Translations under genes and position numbers: made by a program
The notes under the pieces: model-generated
Told to the model about the DNA's origin: nothing
Databases searched by the model: none
What the model saw: only the letters and a program-made list of their open reading frames with translations
Source of the DNA: Squalus acanthias
Lineage: Eukaryota
DNA length: 64,000 bases
Direction of reading: 5' to 3'
Assembly (NCBI GenBank): GCA_030390025.1
Contig: CM059432.1
Coordinates: forward strand, 103,046,001-103,110,000
Shown: positions 39,904 to 52,362 of the stretch, one piece after another
Numbering within the stretch: position 1 is the first letter of the stretch
Layout of the letters: every line of letters starts with the position of its first letter

Positions 39904-42564
39904 TAAGTACATAAGAACATAAGAAATAAGAGCAGGAGTAGGCCATACGGTCCCTCGAGCATGCTCCACCATTCAATAAGATCATGGCTGATCATCGACC
40001 TCAACTCCACTTTCCTGCCCGATCTCCATATTCCTTGATTGCCCTAGAGTCCAAAAATCTATCTATCTCAGCCTTGAATATACTCAAAGACTCAGCATGC
40101 ACAGCCCTCTGGGGCATAGAATTCCAAAGATTCACAACCCTCTGAGTGAAGAAATTCCTCGTTATCTCAGTCTTAAATGGCCTGCCCCTTATCCTGAGAC
40201 TATGCCCCATAGTTCTAGACACTCCAGCCAGGGGAAACAACCTCTCAGCATCTACCCTGTCAATCCCCTTCAGATTCTTGTATGTTTCAATGAGATCACC
40301 TCTCATTCTTCTAAACTCCAGAGAGTATAGGCCCATTCTACACAATCTCTCATCATAGGACAGCCCTCTCATCCCAGGTCTCAATCTAGTGAACCTTCGT
40401 TGCACCGCCTCCAAGTCAAGTATATCCTTCCTTAGATAAGGAGACCAAAACTGTGCACAGTACTCCAGTTGTGGTCTCACCCAGGCCCTGTACAATTGTA
40501 GCAAGACTTCCTTACTCTTATACTCCAACCCCCTTGTAATAAAGGCCTACATGCCATTTGCCTTCCTTATTGCTTGCTGTACCTGCACGCTAGCTTTCTG
40601 TGTTTCTTGCACGAGGACACCCAAATCTCTCTGAACACCAATATTTGAAAGTTTCTCACCATTTAAAAAATATTCTGTTTTTCTATTCTTCCTACCAAAG
40701 TGAATAACCTCACATTTCTTACATTATACTCCATCTTCCACCTTACTGCCCACTCACTTAGTCTATCTATATCCCTTTACAGACTCTTTGTGTTCTCCTC
40801 ACAGCTTACTGTCCCACCTAGCTTTGTATCATCAGCAAACTTGGATGCATTACACTCGGTCCCTTCATCTAGGTCATTGATATAGATTGTAAATAACTGA
40901 GGCCCCAATACTGATCCTTGCAGCACCCCACTAGTTACAGCCTGCCAACCTGAAAAAGATCCGTTTATCCCTACTCTCTGTTTTCTGTACGTTAACCAAT
41001 CCTCTATCCATGCGACTATATTACCCCCAACCCGTGAGCCCTAATCTTGTGTAATAACCTTTTATGTGGCACGTTATTGAATGCCTTTTGGAAATCCAAA
41101 TATACTACATCCACTGGTTCCCCTTTATCTACCCTGCTAGTTACATCCTCAAAAAACTCTAATAAATTTGTCAAACACGATTTCCCTTTCATAAAACCAT
41201 GTTGACTCTGCCTAATCATGTTATGATTTTCTAAATGCCCTGATACCACGTCTTTAACAATGGATTCCAGCATTTTCCCGACGACTGATGTCAGGCTAAC
41301 TGGCTTGTAGTTCCCTGTTTTTCTCGCCCTCCTTCCAATCCACTGGGACCATTCTATAACCTAAGGAAATTTGGAAGATCAAAACCAATGCATTCACTAT
41401 CTCTTCAGCCACCTCTTTTAGAACCCTAGGATGTAGGCTGTCAGGTTCAGGGGATTTGTCGGCCTTGAGTCCCATTAGTTTCTCTAGTACTTTTTCTCTA
41501 CTTATATTAATTATGTTAAGTTCCTCACCCTCATTAGACCCTTGGTTCCCCACCATCTTGTGTCTTTTAACTTTTCTGCCATTTCCTTATTCCCCATAAT
41601 AATTTCTCCTGTCTCAGCCTCTAAGGGACCAACGTTTACTTTTGCTACTCTCTTCCTTTTTACATACTTGTAGAAGCTCTTACAATCTGCTTTTATATTT
41701 CTTGCTAGTTTTCTCTCATATTCTATTTTTTCCCTTTTTATCAATTTATGGTCAACCTTTGCTAGTTTCTGAAACTCTCCCAATCCTCAGGCTTACTATT
41801 ATTCTTTGCAACATTATAAGCTTCTTCTTTCAATCTAATGCTATCCTTAACTTCTTTAGTTAGCCACGGTTGGATCACTTTTCCCATGGAGTTTTTGTTT
41901 CTCAATGGAATGTATTTTTGTTGAGAATTATGAAATATTTATTTAAATGCTAGCCATTGCTTATCTACCGCCATACATTTTAATCTATTTTTCCAATCTA
42001 CCTTTGCCAACTCGCCCCTCATACCTATGTAATTGGCTTTATTTAAGTTTAAGGGGTAAAAATTCAGTTGGTTGCGCCTCCCGTTAGCGCCTTAAGAGGG
42101 CGCTACTGGGGCGCAAAGCCGCTAACGCCCGGGCGCAGCGATGTTTGCGCCGCTCGGGAACTTAACTAGAGATTGTGTGGCGGCGCTAAAACTTACCGCT
42201 GCGACCACCTGCGCGCGCAGATTGTGACGTCATTCCATGGTGCAACGCCCTTGTGGCGCCCCGGAGCGGAAATTGAGTGGCGCCCCCTGCCTTACCGCCT
42301 TGCGCTTCCAACGACCAGAAGACTGGAACGCTATCAATCGCTGTGGGGCTGGGGGAGGGTGCTATTTAAAGGGAGCCTCTTCCTGTCTTTTTCTGTGGTC
42401 GACATTTTTGCACCACTCGTTCTGAGAGAGAGAGAGAGATTCGGAGAGAGAGAAAGAGAGACTTCTACATTGACTCAACGCTTTGTGAGGTAGTTTTGCC
42501 TATTGATCCTAACTTCGCTGGTACTTTAGTTGCTGTCCTTCATTACTTTGCTTGCAAAGAGAAT

Positions 42565-43725
42565 ATGGGGGCTGCACTGATTGGGGGCGTCGTCCTGCTC
42601 CAGCTGAATCGGAGGATACAGAGACGCAGAGAGAGAGTGGCAATGATGGCCAGACGGAGGAGGGCCATCAGGCGTATGTACAGGAGAGCTTACCCTCCCA
42701 GGGTATATCGTGAACAGCTCTCCTACATCCATATGTCTGAGGAGCTGTGTTTGCGAAGGCTGCGATTCAGCAAGGAGGTGGTCACTGAGCTCTGCCACCT
42801 GCTGCAGCCAGATCTGCAGCCTCAACTGAGGTCCAGGACGTCTCTGTCGGTGGCAGTGAAGGTCACAGTGGCTCTCAACTTTTACGCTACTGGCTCATTT
42901 CAAGCTGCTGCTGGGGACCTCGCCAATATCTCCCAGTTCGCGGTGCATTGCTGCATCCGGCAGGTCACAAATGCCCTCTTTAAAAGGAGACGAGAGTTCA
43001 TCTCTTTCCCCATGACACCAGACAAGCAGCGTGACCGCGCTCTGGGCTTTGCGAGGGTAGCGGGCTTCCCCATGGTGCAGGGCGCCATTGACTGCACGCA
43101 TGTGGCTTTGCGTGCTCCGCATGAGAATGCCGAGGAATTCAGGAACAGAAAGGGGTTCCATTCCTTGAATGTTCAGTTGGTCTGTGACCACAGACAGCTG
43201 ATACTCGCTGTCAATGCCCAGTATCCTGGCAGCTGCCACGATGCTTTTATCCTGCGCCAGACTACTGTGGCAGAACTTTTCGAGGCACCGCATCAGCCAG
43301 TTGGTTGGCTTCTCGGGGACAAGGGGTATGCATTGAACACCTGGCTGATGACACCGCTCTGTACGCCCAACACCCCTGCTGAGCTGCGGTACAATGAGAG
43401 CCATCAAGCTACCAGGAACATAATTGAGCGCACAATCGGCGTGCTGAAGCAACAGTTCCGCTGTCTCGACCATTCTGGAGGAGCCCTGCAGTACTCGCCT
43501 GAGCGAGTATCGAACATCGTAGTCGTGTGCTGCATGTTGCATAACATGGCAATCCTCAGGACCCAGCCAATGCCACCAGGCCTTGGAGCACCACCAGAGG
43601 AGGAGGAGGAAGAGGAGGAAGAGGACGAGGAGGATGATCATCAGCAGCACCAAGGCGGGAGGGCGGCCCACAATGGTCAAACTGCAAGGGCCGTCCGTCA
43701 ACGGCTAATAGCAAGCCGCTTCTAG
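42565..43725 (+). CDS. Harbinger (HARBI1-like) DDE transposase, intact
   Basis: ATG at 42565; GAIDCTH, GDKGY and IIERTIG motifs; acidic C-terminal tract. Confidence 0.92.
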   Translation: MGAALIGGVVLLQLNRRIQRRRERVAMMARRRRAIRRMYRRAYPPRVYREQLSYIHMSEELCLRRLRFSKEVVTELCHLLQPDLQPQLRSRTSLSVAVKVTVALNFYATGSFQAAAGDLANISQFAVHCCIRQVTNALFKRRREFISFPMTPDKQRDRALGFARVAGFPMVQGAIDCTHVALRAPHENAEEFRNRKGFHSLNVQLVCDHRQLILAVNAQYPGSCHDAFILRQTTVAELFEAPHQPVGWLLGDKGYALNTWLMTPLCTPNTPAELRYNESHQATRNIIERTIGVLKQQFRCLDHSGGALQYSPERVSNIVVVCCMLHNMAILRTQPMPPGLGAPPEEEEEEEEEDEEDDHQQHQGGRAAHNGQTARAVRQRLIASRF

Positions 43726-44019
43726 GGCCCCTGCCATTGCTAACAACATTAATGAACCCAGCACGCAACCCCTAAGCCGGCCAAGGCACCAATAATTCCA
43801 ACCACCAACCATGTATATTTTGAATACAGAAACTTATTTATTTTACAAACTCTGTGTGTGTCAATTCCTCATGACAAACTCATAGAAATAAACACAAAAA
43901 AACAGTCAATAACATAACTGGTTCTCACAACCTGGAGATAATGTCCAAAACACTAAACAAAAGTTGGACCATGAACCTCGACCTTTAATAAAAAAATGAC
44001 CAGCATTTTGTCACACCTC

Positions 44020-45927
44020 CTACTTTTTGCCCTTCGAGGGTGATCTCCTTCCCTTGCGCACTTCCCCCCTTCTAACCCTACTGCTCCTCCGTAATGGGAC
44101 CTCAGTGGCTGCAGCAAGGCTGGTGGAAGGCTGCTGCTCGTCAGACCCTGACACTGCAGATGCCCCTGAAGGACGGCCTCGACCACTTCTGGGCCTGGAG
44201 GGCCCGGCTGCAGACTGCACCAACTCTGCATGGGCGGCAGCAGTCTGTCCTACAGGCGGTGGCAAGTGCAGTGGAGAAGTGACAGTGTTGGCAGCAGGAA
44301 TGCTGTCATCGTGAGAGAGGACAGCAACTCCCTGCTCGCCCGACACACTGGCACTCCCACGGGGCAGCACTTCAGCATCCGGAGCAATCTGCCGGAGAAC
44401 AGATTGCTGGCCTGCTGCGGCGCGGTGACAGCCCCAGGGACATGTGCACGAACCATCGAGGTTGGCAGCAGTCTGTGCTCGCGTGGCCTCAATCTGAGTC
44501 TGTATCAGAGCAGTCAGAGATGGGATCACGGCAGCCAGTGACTGAATTGCAGCACTAAGCGTTAGTGTGGCATCCGCCTGTGCTACAGCGAAGTGCTCCA
44601 CACTCCTTGCCAGTGACTCAATGCATTCGGGCACCCTTCCCACTGCACCCATGAGCTCAGTGTGCATGCCCACCGCCTGGGTGTTCATTTCTGCGATCAG
44701 CCGCTCCTCCTCTGCGTCCATTGCAGTAGGAGTGTCTGGCATACTCTCCCTCTGGGGAGAAGGCCCCCGTTCTTCCCTACCCCCCCCCCATGGCGTTGCT
44801 GCAGCCCGCTGGGTCCTGGAGCTTCACCCTCATCAGACCCTTCCCCCCTGCTCCCCTCCAGGGAAGGCGTGTTCCCAGTGTGGGCATGGGCTTCCTCGGG
44901 AGAGGGTGGCACTGATGCTCCGGCTTCCTCTTCCTCCTCAGCTGCAGCATCACTCCCAGTGGCAGCTTCAGGGCCCGTCTCCTCAGCTGGTGAATCACCA
45001 TCTGAAAGCAGGGAGGTACAAGAGTGGCTTTAGCGTGAGGACAGGGTGGCAGTAAGGGAGGAATAAGTGCAGCGAGTTAGCAAGTTGGATTGAAAGTGTC
45101 AAAGGCTGGTTTTGTGAGGGACAAGTGGAAGGACAGAGGACAAAAAAGTGATGACCTTACCATTGCTGTCCAGAACGGGGTCGGCGTCTCCAGTGGCGAC
45201 GGGACCGATCACCCGGCTTGCCACAATCCTGTGGACGCGCTCCTCAAGATCGCTGAGGGGTTGCAGCTGAGGCCGCCCTCCACCTGTCCGTTGCTGCTGT
45301 CTCCGATTATGCGCCAGCTTGGCCTGTAAGAAAAAGGACAGCATCTGAGTAAATATACAGCCATGGTCTTGCCTGATGTGCCTCCCATAGGTGAATAGCC
45401 CTTACTGTATGCAGCCATGGTCTTGCCTGATGTGCCTCCCATAGGTGAATAGCCCTTACTGTATACAGCCATGGTCTTGCCTGATGTGCCTCCCATAGGT
45501 GAATAGCCCTTACTGTATACAGCCATGGTGTTGCCTGATGTGCCTCCCATAGGTGAATAGCCCTTACTGTATGCAAAGTGTGGAATGTGTGTGTGTGTTT
45601 CATGAAACGGCCATAGGTGTTGGATGAGTGTTGTGCATAGAGTGAGGTTGAGATGGAGGGATGGAGAGGTATTGAGAAAAAGCCACTCACCCTGACGACT
45701 CGAGTGAGGTCGTTGAACTTTTTGCGGCATTGAGTATGGGTCCTGGGCACCATGCTCCTGGAGGAGACGCTCTGAGCCACCTCCCTCCACACTCTTCTGA
45801 ACTCGCGTGGCAAAGGCCTCCTGCCACTCTCAGGGAAGAGCATACATCTTCTGCGCTCCACCGCGCCAACCAGAGCATCCAAGGCCCGCTCGGTGAAGCG
45901 ATGAGCGCGTTCTCTCACCCTCTCCAT
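44020..45927 (-). pseudogene. Harbinger Myb/SANT-like gene, 3 exons (45691-45927, 45161-45323, 44020-45001), frameshifted at a G10 run
   Basis: Splice sites GTGAGT, TTACAG, GTAAGG and TTTCAG. The homopolymer at 44780-44789 has 10 bases versus 5 in copy 1. Confidence 0.82.
45355..45572. repeat. 54-bp tandem repeat x4 in Myb-gene intron 1 (x2 in copy 1 at about 24206-24313)
   Basis: ATACAGCCATGGTCTTGCCTGATGTGCCTCCCATAGGTGAATAGCCCTTACTGT units. Confidence 0.95.
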
Positions 45928-46435
45928 GCTTGGCAGCAAAATGGATTCACAGGTCTCTCCAGGCCGAGATTCAAGGCTGCAATGAGCAGGGTGTGGCTGG
46001 GGAGCAAGTTGGCCCCCCCCGCTTTAAGAAGTGGCCGGCGCCAGTGTGTCTGTGTTCCCTCGCTAACTGGCAGCAGCTGCGCTGCGCTCGCGCGCTGAGT
46101 TAGCGCCTCACTCCTTGGCCTTTGCGCCTTAAGACAGGTGTGCAGCGCCTGATTTAGCGCTCCACTCACCTCCCGGGGCGGTAAAAGTGAAGTTTCCAGT
46201 CAGTGCCGATAATTAGCGCCAGGCGCTAATATTTGCGTCCAGACGATATTTGCGCCCCAAATGGGGCGCGACCTAATTTTTACCCCTAAGACTCTAGTTT
46301 CGGACTTAGGCAAGTCACTCTCAAAATTAATGTGAAATTCTATCATATTATGATCACTCTGCCCCAGAGGATCCTTTACTATGAGATTGCTAATTAACCC
46401 TGTCTCATTACACAATACAAGATCTAAAATAGCCT

Positions 46436-46664
46436 AATACGATAACAAAATACTGCAGATGCTGGAAATCTGAAATAACAACAGAAAACGCTGGAAAAAC
46501 TCAGCAGGCTGGGCAGCATCTGTGGAGAGAGAAACAGAGTTAACGTTTCAGGTCGAAGACCCTTCGTTCTGACAAAGGGTCTTCGACCTGAAATGTTAAC
46601 TCTGTTTCTCTCTCCACGGATGCTGCCTGGCCTGCTGAGTTTTTCCAGCGTTTTCTGTTGTTAT
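46436..46664. mobile_element. Short Penelope-type inverted-repeat insertion
   Basis: About 95-bp arms in inverted orientation, flanked by the 14-bp duplication ATCTAAAATAGCCT (46422-46435, 46665-46678). Confidence 0.8.
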
Positions 46665-48572
46665 ATCTAAAATAGCCTGTTCCCTGGTTGGTTCCATGAC
46701 ATATTGTTCTAGGAAATTGTCCCGAATGCATTCCATGAACTCGTCCTCCAGACTACCTTTGCCAATTTGATTTGTCCAGTCTATATGAAGATTAAAGTCC
46801 CCCAAGATTATTGCATTACCTTTGTTGCAAGCTTCTAATATTTCTTGATTAATATTCTGTCCAACGGTACAGCTACTGTTAGAGGGCCAATATACTACTC
46901 CTACCGAGATGCTTTCTCGCTACTGTCCTTATGTCATCCTTTATTATCAGGGCTACTCCCCCTCCTTTTCCATTCTGCCTGTCTTTTCGAAATGTCAAGT
47001 ACCCTGGAACATTTAGTTCCCAACCTTGGTCAACTTGCAACCATGTCTTTGTAATGGCTATTAGATCAAACCCATTTATCACTATTTGTGCCACGAGTTT
47101 GTCTATCTTGGTATGAATGCTTCGTGCATTCAGATAAAGTGCCTTTAATTTAAATTTTTTGCCATTATTCCCTGCTTTGATCTTATTCTCTGTTGCATTG
47201 CTACTGTTAAACTCTCTGTCCCTTCCTGTTCCCTTACCCTTCACTCTTGTTGGAATGTACCTCGCCTGTACTTGGAACATCTCCTCCTTAAAGATCACCC
47301 TAGGTAATTACTAATCCTTTTGTGCTATTATCCAATCAAAGTTTCCTTGGTTGAGCGATTGAGTTACCCCATAAACTATCTGGCCTCTTCTGCAACAGTA
47401 GTAGTACAAAACATGAATAGATCCCTCATACGTAGGCCTGGAAATTCAGCCACGTGGCACCATTTTTCAGGCACTGATCAATCTCCTAAGCCTCCAATAT
47501 GACAGGCAGGAAGCGCATGCTCATTACAAACGAGGAGTGCACTGCCAAACATATTGGTAAATGGCAAAAAAATCATCATGCAGTGCCCATGTCTGAATCA
47601 GGTATATGCAAATAAGGGACCTATCGCTTTTTTGAGGTCCCTACTACAAGTTTGGTTTGCCCTGTTCGCCGGCTGCATGCAAGAAAACCAGACTGCAACC
47701 AACAAGGACAGTTTCTAAAATATACTTACATGAGTGTGGAGCTGAGACGAGCAGGACAGCTCCTCTTGACCGACATTCAAAGAACAAGGACTTCTGGTGA
47801 ACAATTATACCCCCGATCGCCGCCGTTCCTTCACCTCATCGCCACACCCCTCATGCCCCCTGATCGTCGCTGCCTCCACCCATCCACCTCTAACTTGCCT
47901 GCTCACCATCGCTACTTCACCCATCCCTAACCACTGCTATCACTCCACCCAATTGCCCCAGTTCCCAATTGCATCACTTCTGGGTCGCTCCTCTTCCTCA
48001 CTTACCTGAGGGTCAGTGCAAAGCAATCATCACAGCATTTCACCGGCGAGCTGCCTGTTGCTCTCCATAGCTTATCAGTTCAATGGAAATGAGGCCCAAG
48101 GTCCAATATCAGGGGTGCCTCAGGCCGGACCATCCACGTTTGGCCCCTGTACCCCATAAATGAGTGCTCCCAAATTTCTAGGTGACAATTTTGAAGTCTG
48201 CCTAGATACAGTAGATGAAATGTAAGTCAGCTTCACTGCAGCATTTTTTTTCAGCTGATCAAATTAATCATCTTTTTAATCATTTCCACTGAGATACCCA
48301 GGGTAAAATTATTGTTCCAGTATGTCATTTTTTCTTTTCTCTTAATCCTATGTAACTTTGGAACTTGTTTTTTGATGGGAAATTGCAGCAACTCAATTTC
48401 CATTCTTTATGAATGCCTGGCACTTATTGAAGTGATGATTTATTTTCCAGTTCCAGTAACAAATTAAGTATACAAATAATGGGAACTAAAGATTGATATA
48501 AAGGATCTTGGATCATTATTTTCAACACCTTCTTGAATCCCAATAACTTAGATTTTGGTTTATCAAAACCTA

Positions 48573-51543
48573 GGGGGTGAAATTGGATAAAGCCTAAAAA
48601 CGCCCACGCCAGTTCAAAGTGGTCCAGGCAGCACCCAAACTTCGTGCTGCCTGCTCATTATAATGATTGAAGCGTTGATCTCAGCGCTAAACGAGCTGCT
48701 GGTTGGCTTCGGGCTGAACAGGGGGGGCAAACATTGGGTGCAGTCTACTGGCCAATAAAATTTGGCCTCGGCTCTCTGCAGTACTTAAAGCACCTCATTG
48801 TCAGTCTGGATGAAATCATGGCTCAACAGGGAAGAGAGAGGGCGAGGAAGTTTTCTGATGTGGAACTACAGGCCTTTGTCCTGGGGGTTCACGGACAACA
48901 TGAGGTCCTCTACCCGCAGGTGGGCAGGAGGCCTTCCAGGCAGCAAGCTAGAAGGCTGTGGGAGGAAATAGCTCAAGTGGTCAGTGCCACAAGTGTTGTC
49001 CCCAGGGCCTGGATCCAGTGCCGCAAGAAATTTAATGACCTCATACGAGTGGTCAAGGTGAGTGAATGCATCTTCAAATGCCATATCCCACCAACTGCAC
49101 CTGTGATGGGCAACTCCATTGAAGAATTCGTGGACCCAACCATGATGCTGAGTCTGATGGGCAATCTCACAACTTCCAGTGCAGCACAGGTGGAAATGAC
49201 CCAACGTTTCAGTGCTCCAGTGGAAGCTCAGACTGCTCTCCTGCAGTCTCAACTTGCTGCCTTCCTGGCTGGGTTTACAAGTGTTGACAGGGGCTTGCAG
49301 GGTGTTGCAGCAGTCCAGCAATCTGTCCCCCAACAGATGGCTAGGAATGCTAAGGTGCCACCCCAGGGGAAGTAGCAGTGGCTCTGTAGAGCAAGAACCT
49401 GCTGTCCTCTCTCAAGATGACAGCAATCCTACTCCCACCACTGCCACTCTGCCAGTGTCCTTGCTGCTGCCTGTCATCTAGCCAGCCCAGACTGCTGCCA
49501 CCCATGCCAAAGTGGTGCAATCTACAGTCGGGCCTTCTAGGTCCGGAGCTGCTCAAGGTCATCCTGCAAGGCCATCTGTAGTCTCCCCCACTGAAAGTCA
49601 GCAGCCTTCCACCAGCCATGCTGCAGCCACTGGGGGAGCACTGCGTAGGAGCACTAGAGTAGGAAAAGGAACACAAAAGACGAACAGACACTAAGGGAAT
49701 GCACAAAGGTGATTAGTTGATGTTTTGTGTAGTATTGGAATTGATAATTTTATAAATGATGTTTGGAATGTTTGTTTTGTGGTGGCTCTCATTTCAGCTT
49801 TGTACCCAGGAGGACGCTGTGATGTTCCGTTACAGAGGGATGGTAATGTGGGGGAAATGGTGAGCAACGGGGTCTGGGATTTCATTCATTGGAACCGGAG
49901 TCTGATGAGGCATTCATGGATAGCCCATCTGGAACAGGGATCTGCTGCCTGCCTCCTCCCTCCCTCCTCCTCCTCTTCCATTCCTCCACTTCCTCCTCCT
50001 CCTCCTCCTCCTGAGGTGGTCCCGGAACCTGTGGTGGCAAGGGCTGTGCCTTCATGATGGCCAACTTGTGGAGGATGCAACAGACCAGCACAAATTGGGA
50101 CACTCGCTCCAGCATGTGCTGGAGGGAACCTCCCAAGTGTTCAAGGCAGCGGAACCGTTGCTTCAGCACCCCGATGGTCTGCTCAATGAGGTTCCTTGTG
50201 GCAGCATGGCTCTCATTATATGATTCCTGGCCATGAGTGGTGAGGTTGCGGAGGGGAGTCATCACCCAGGTGCAGAGCGGATAGCCCTTGTCTCCTAGCA
50301 GCCACCTTCGGGTTTGACGTGGTGGCTGGAAGATTGCTGGCACAGCGGACTAGCGCATGATGAAGGCATCATGACTGCTGCCAGGATACCAGGCACTCAC
50401 CATCATGATGTGCTGGGTATGGTCGCACACCAACTGCACATTAAATGAGTGGTAGCCTTTGTGGTTGCGGTAGATCTCAGGATTGCCCGCAAAGCCACGT
50501 GCATGCTGTCGATGGCACCCTGCACCATGGGGAAGCCTGATATCCTGGCAAAACCACTTGCACACTCGTCCTGCTTCTCTCTGTCCAGAGAGAAGACAAT
50601 GAAGTACCTTCTCCTGGAGTACAGAGACTCTGTGAGCTCCTGGATGCAGCGATGGACAGCGAACTGGGAGATGTTATCTATGTCTCCTGCTCCAGACTAG
50701 AAGGATTCAGTGGTGAAAATATTGAGGGCCACAGCAGCACCATCGCTGCCCTGCTCTGAGGCTGCAGGTCTGGTTCCAGGAGGTGGCTGAGTTCTGTGAC
50801 CAGTTCCTTGGTGAAATGGAGCATCCTAATACACTGCTCCTCGCTTAAGTGCAGGTAGGAGAAGTGCTCTCAGAAGACCCTAGGTGGGTAAGGCCTCCTG
50901 TTGAAAGTCCTCCTGCCCCTCCTCCTCCTCCCTCTGTGAGCAGCTTGTCCTCTTCTTCGCTACCTCTGCTCCATCTCACTGTCATACTCGCACGCAAGGG
51001 GGGCTGCAAGTAGAGCCCCCATGACTGGGAGCAAGTGATGTGAGCAGAAACCTTTAAATTGGAAGAAAGGTGTTCTCCATTTGCAGCAACACTCCCTGTC
51101 ACCTCAGCAACTTTAAATAACTGCAGAAAGCTCCAAACAGTTGCACAAACTTACACAGAGCCAGTAGAAATCAAAAAGCAAGTCACCTGCAAGTTGTTGC
51201 TGATCCCTTTAAATATCACTGGTGGGGGTTCCTTCCTGCTGCTGAACACATGGTCAGCTGTTCGTGATTTGGAGAGGGTGTAGAATGGACCAGCAATGTC
51301 CAAGATGGCAGGTCATGCATAAAATCAGCGTTACACACGCATTGATGTCATGATCTGCCTCATTACCATTTCTCCAGTGAGCGCAGGCAACGGCAGCACT
51401 GCTGACCTGCCCAAAATGGCAGCCGGCGCAGGACCCGCCAGAAGTGGACGGAAATGAGGCCACCGCCATTTTTTCATTGAAATCAGCCTTATCAGCAGGC
51501 GCTAAGGGGCCTAATCTATTTTAAGACCTATATTTTCTGCCCC
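48573..51543. mobile_element. Degenerate Harbinger element: + Myb-like (from 48818, internally deleted) and - transposase pseudogene (about 49900-51020)
   Basis: QCRKKFND followed by a GTGAGT donor; minus strand has [24 protein letters not shown] and KGYHSFNVQLVCD. Confidence 0.8.
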
Positions 51544-52362
51544 AGATCTGGTTTCACTGGAGTATTTCCAATTTCATCACTGAATCCTTTTAATCATTTG
51601 TACAACATCCATTTGCTGGCCTCACCTTTTGTAAGAGTTTTACAGAATGAATAACTAATTTTACAGGCTCAAGGCAATTGTCAGGGATTTGTAATTCTAG
51701 TTTGCATCCTGCAGTCACCTCTGCAATACTATGGATTAATGGTCACTCTATTCAAGTTTCTTTTAACAACGCGTCTATTCCGTGTACAGAATTTGTTCCC
51801 AATGGTACTAAATTCTTGTTACCAACAATCTTTGCCTCTCATCTCTTCTTAACAGTAGTTTTTTCTAAAAGTGATGCAAGTGGATAGCTGTAGTTATAAG
51901 TGGCAATTTTGCAACACTCCACTCCCATAATGGAGCCTCGCTATAACAGGAGCACAGGTCAAAGATAGGGCTGCAGCAATATGGAGCTGATTCAGTGATC
52001 TGTGCTGCCATCCATCTCCCTGCCATTGAGCTTTATGCTGCCCGAAATGAAGCAAATCTCCGGCAGCAGATTTCCCGGGTGCAACGGAGAGGAAAAAGGG
52101 GCAGAGACCCATGGCCCCAGCGGGGTCTCCTGCCTCATTTCCCACCACGTTCTCCAGGCAGACACCCAAATGTGGGATGCCCAAAAGATATTGGTGGCCC
52201 TTAGGCCTGGCCCCTCTCAGATTGGAGGAAGGCCAGGGAGCAAGGCCAAGTAAGTGGCCCTTTTTTGTTCTTATAGCTCCGCAGCAGATCCTCAGGGCTG
52301 CTGGCTTTCTGGCTGCTGTTTTTGGAGAGCAGCCAGAAGAAGCTGCAATTGGTGGCCATTAC

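Larger units (their letters stand above)
42053..46286 (+). mobile_element. Complete PIF/Harbinger DNA transposon copy 2
   Basis: Perfect 12-bp TIR GGGGTAAAAATT and TAA target-site duplication (42050-42052, 46287-46289). Confidence 0.96.
39904..47230 (-). mobile_element. CR1 LINE (ORF2 relic) interrupted by Harbinger copy 2 and a Penelope-type palindrome
   Basis: Tail CATAAGAA repeats near 39910. The reading ETRVL/NLNKANY rejoins across 42053-46286, and APE motifs lie at 46290-47160. Confidence 0.9.

Noticed and set aside
42565..43725. Domesticated host HARBI1 gene
   Set aside because: It lies within TIRs and a TSD, is multi-copy and is paired with a Myb-like gene, so it is a transposon ORF.
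45355..45572. 54-bp repeat containing CTGATG as a possible tandem hammerhead
   Set aside because: The core is CTGATGT rather than CTGANGA, and there is no GAAA box.
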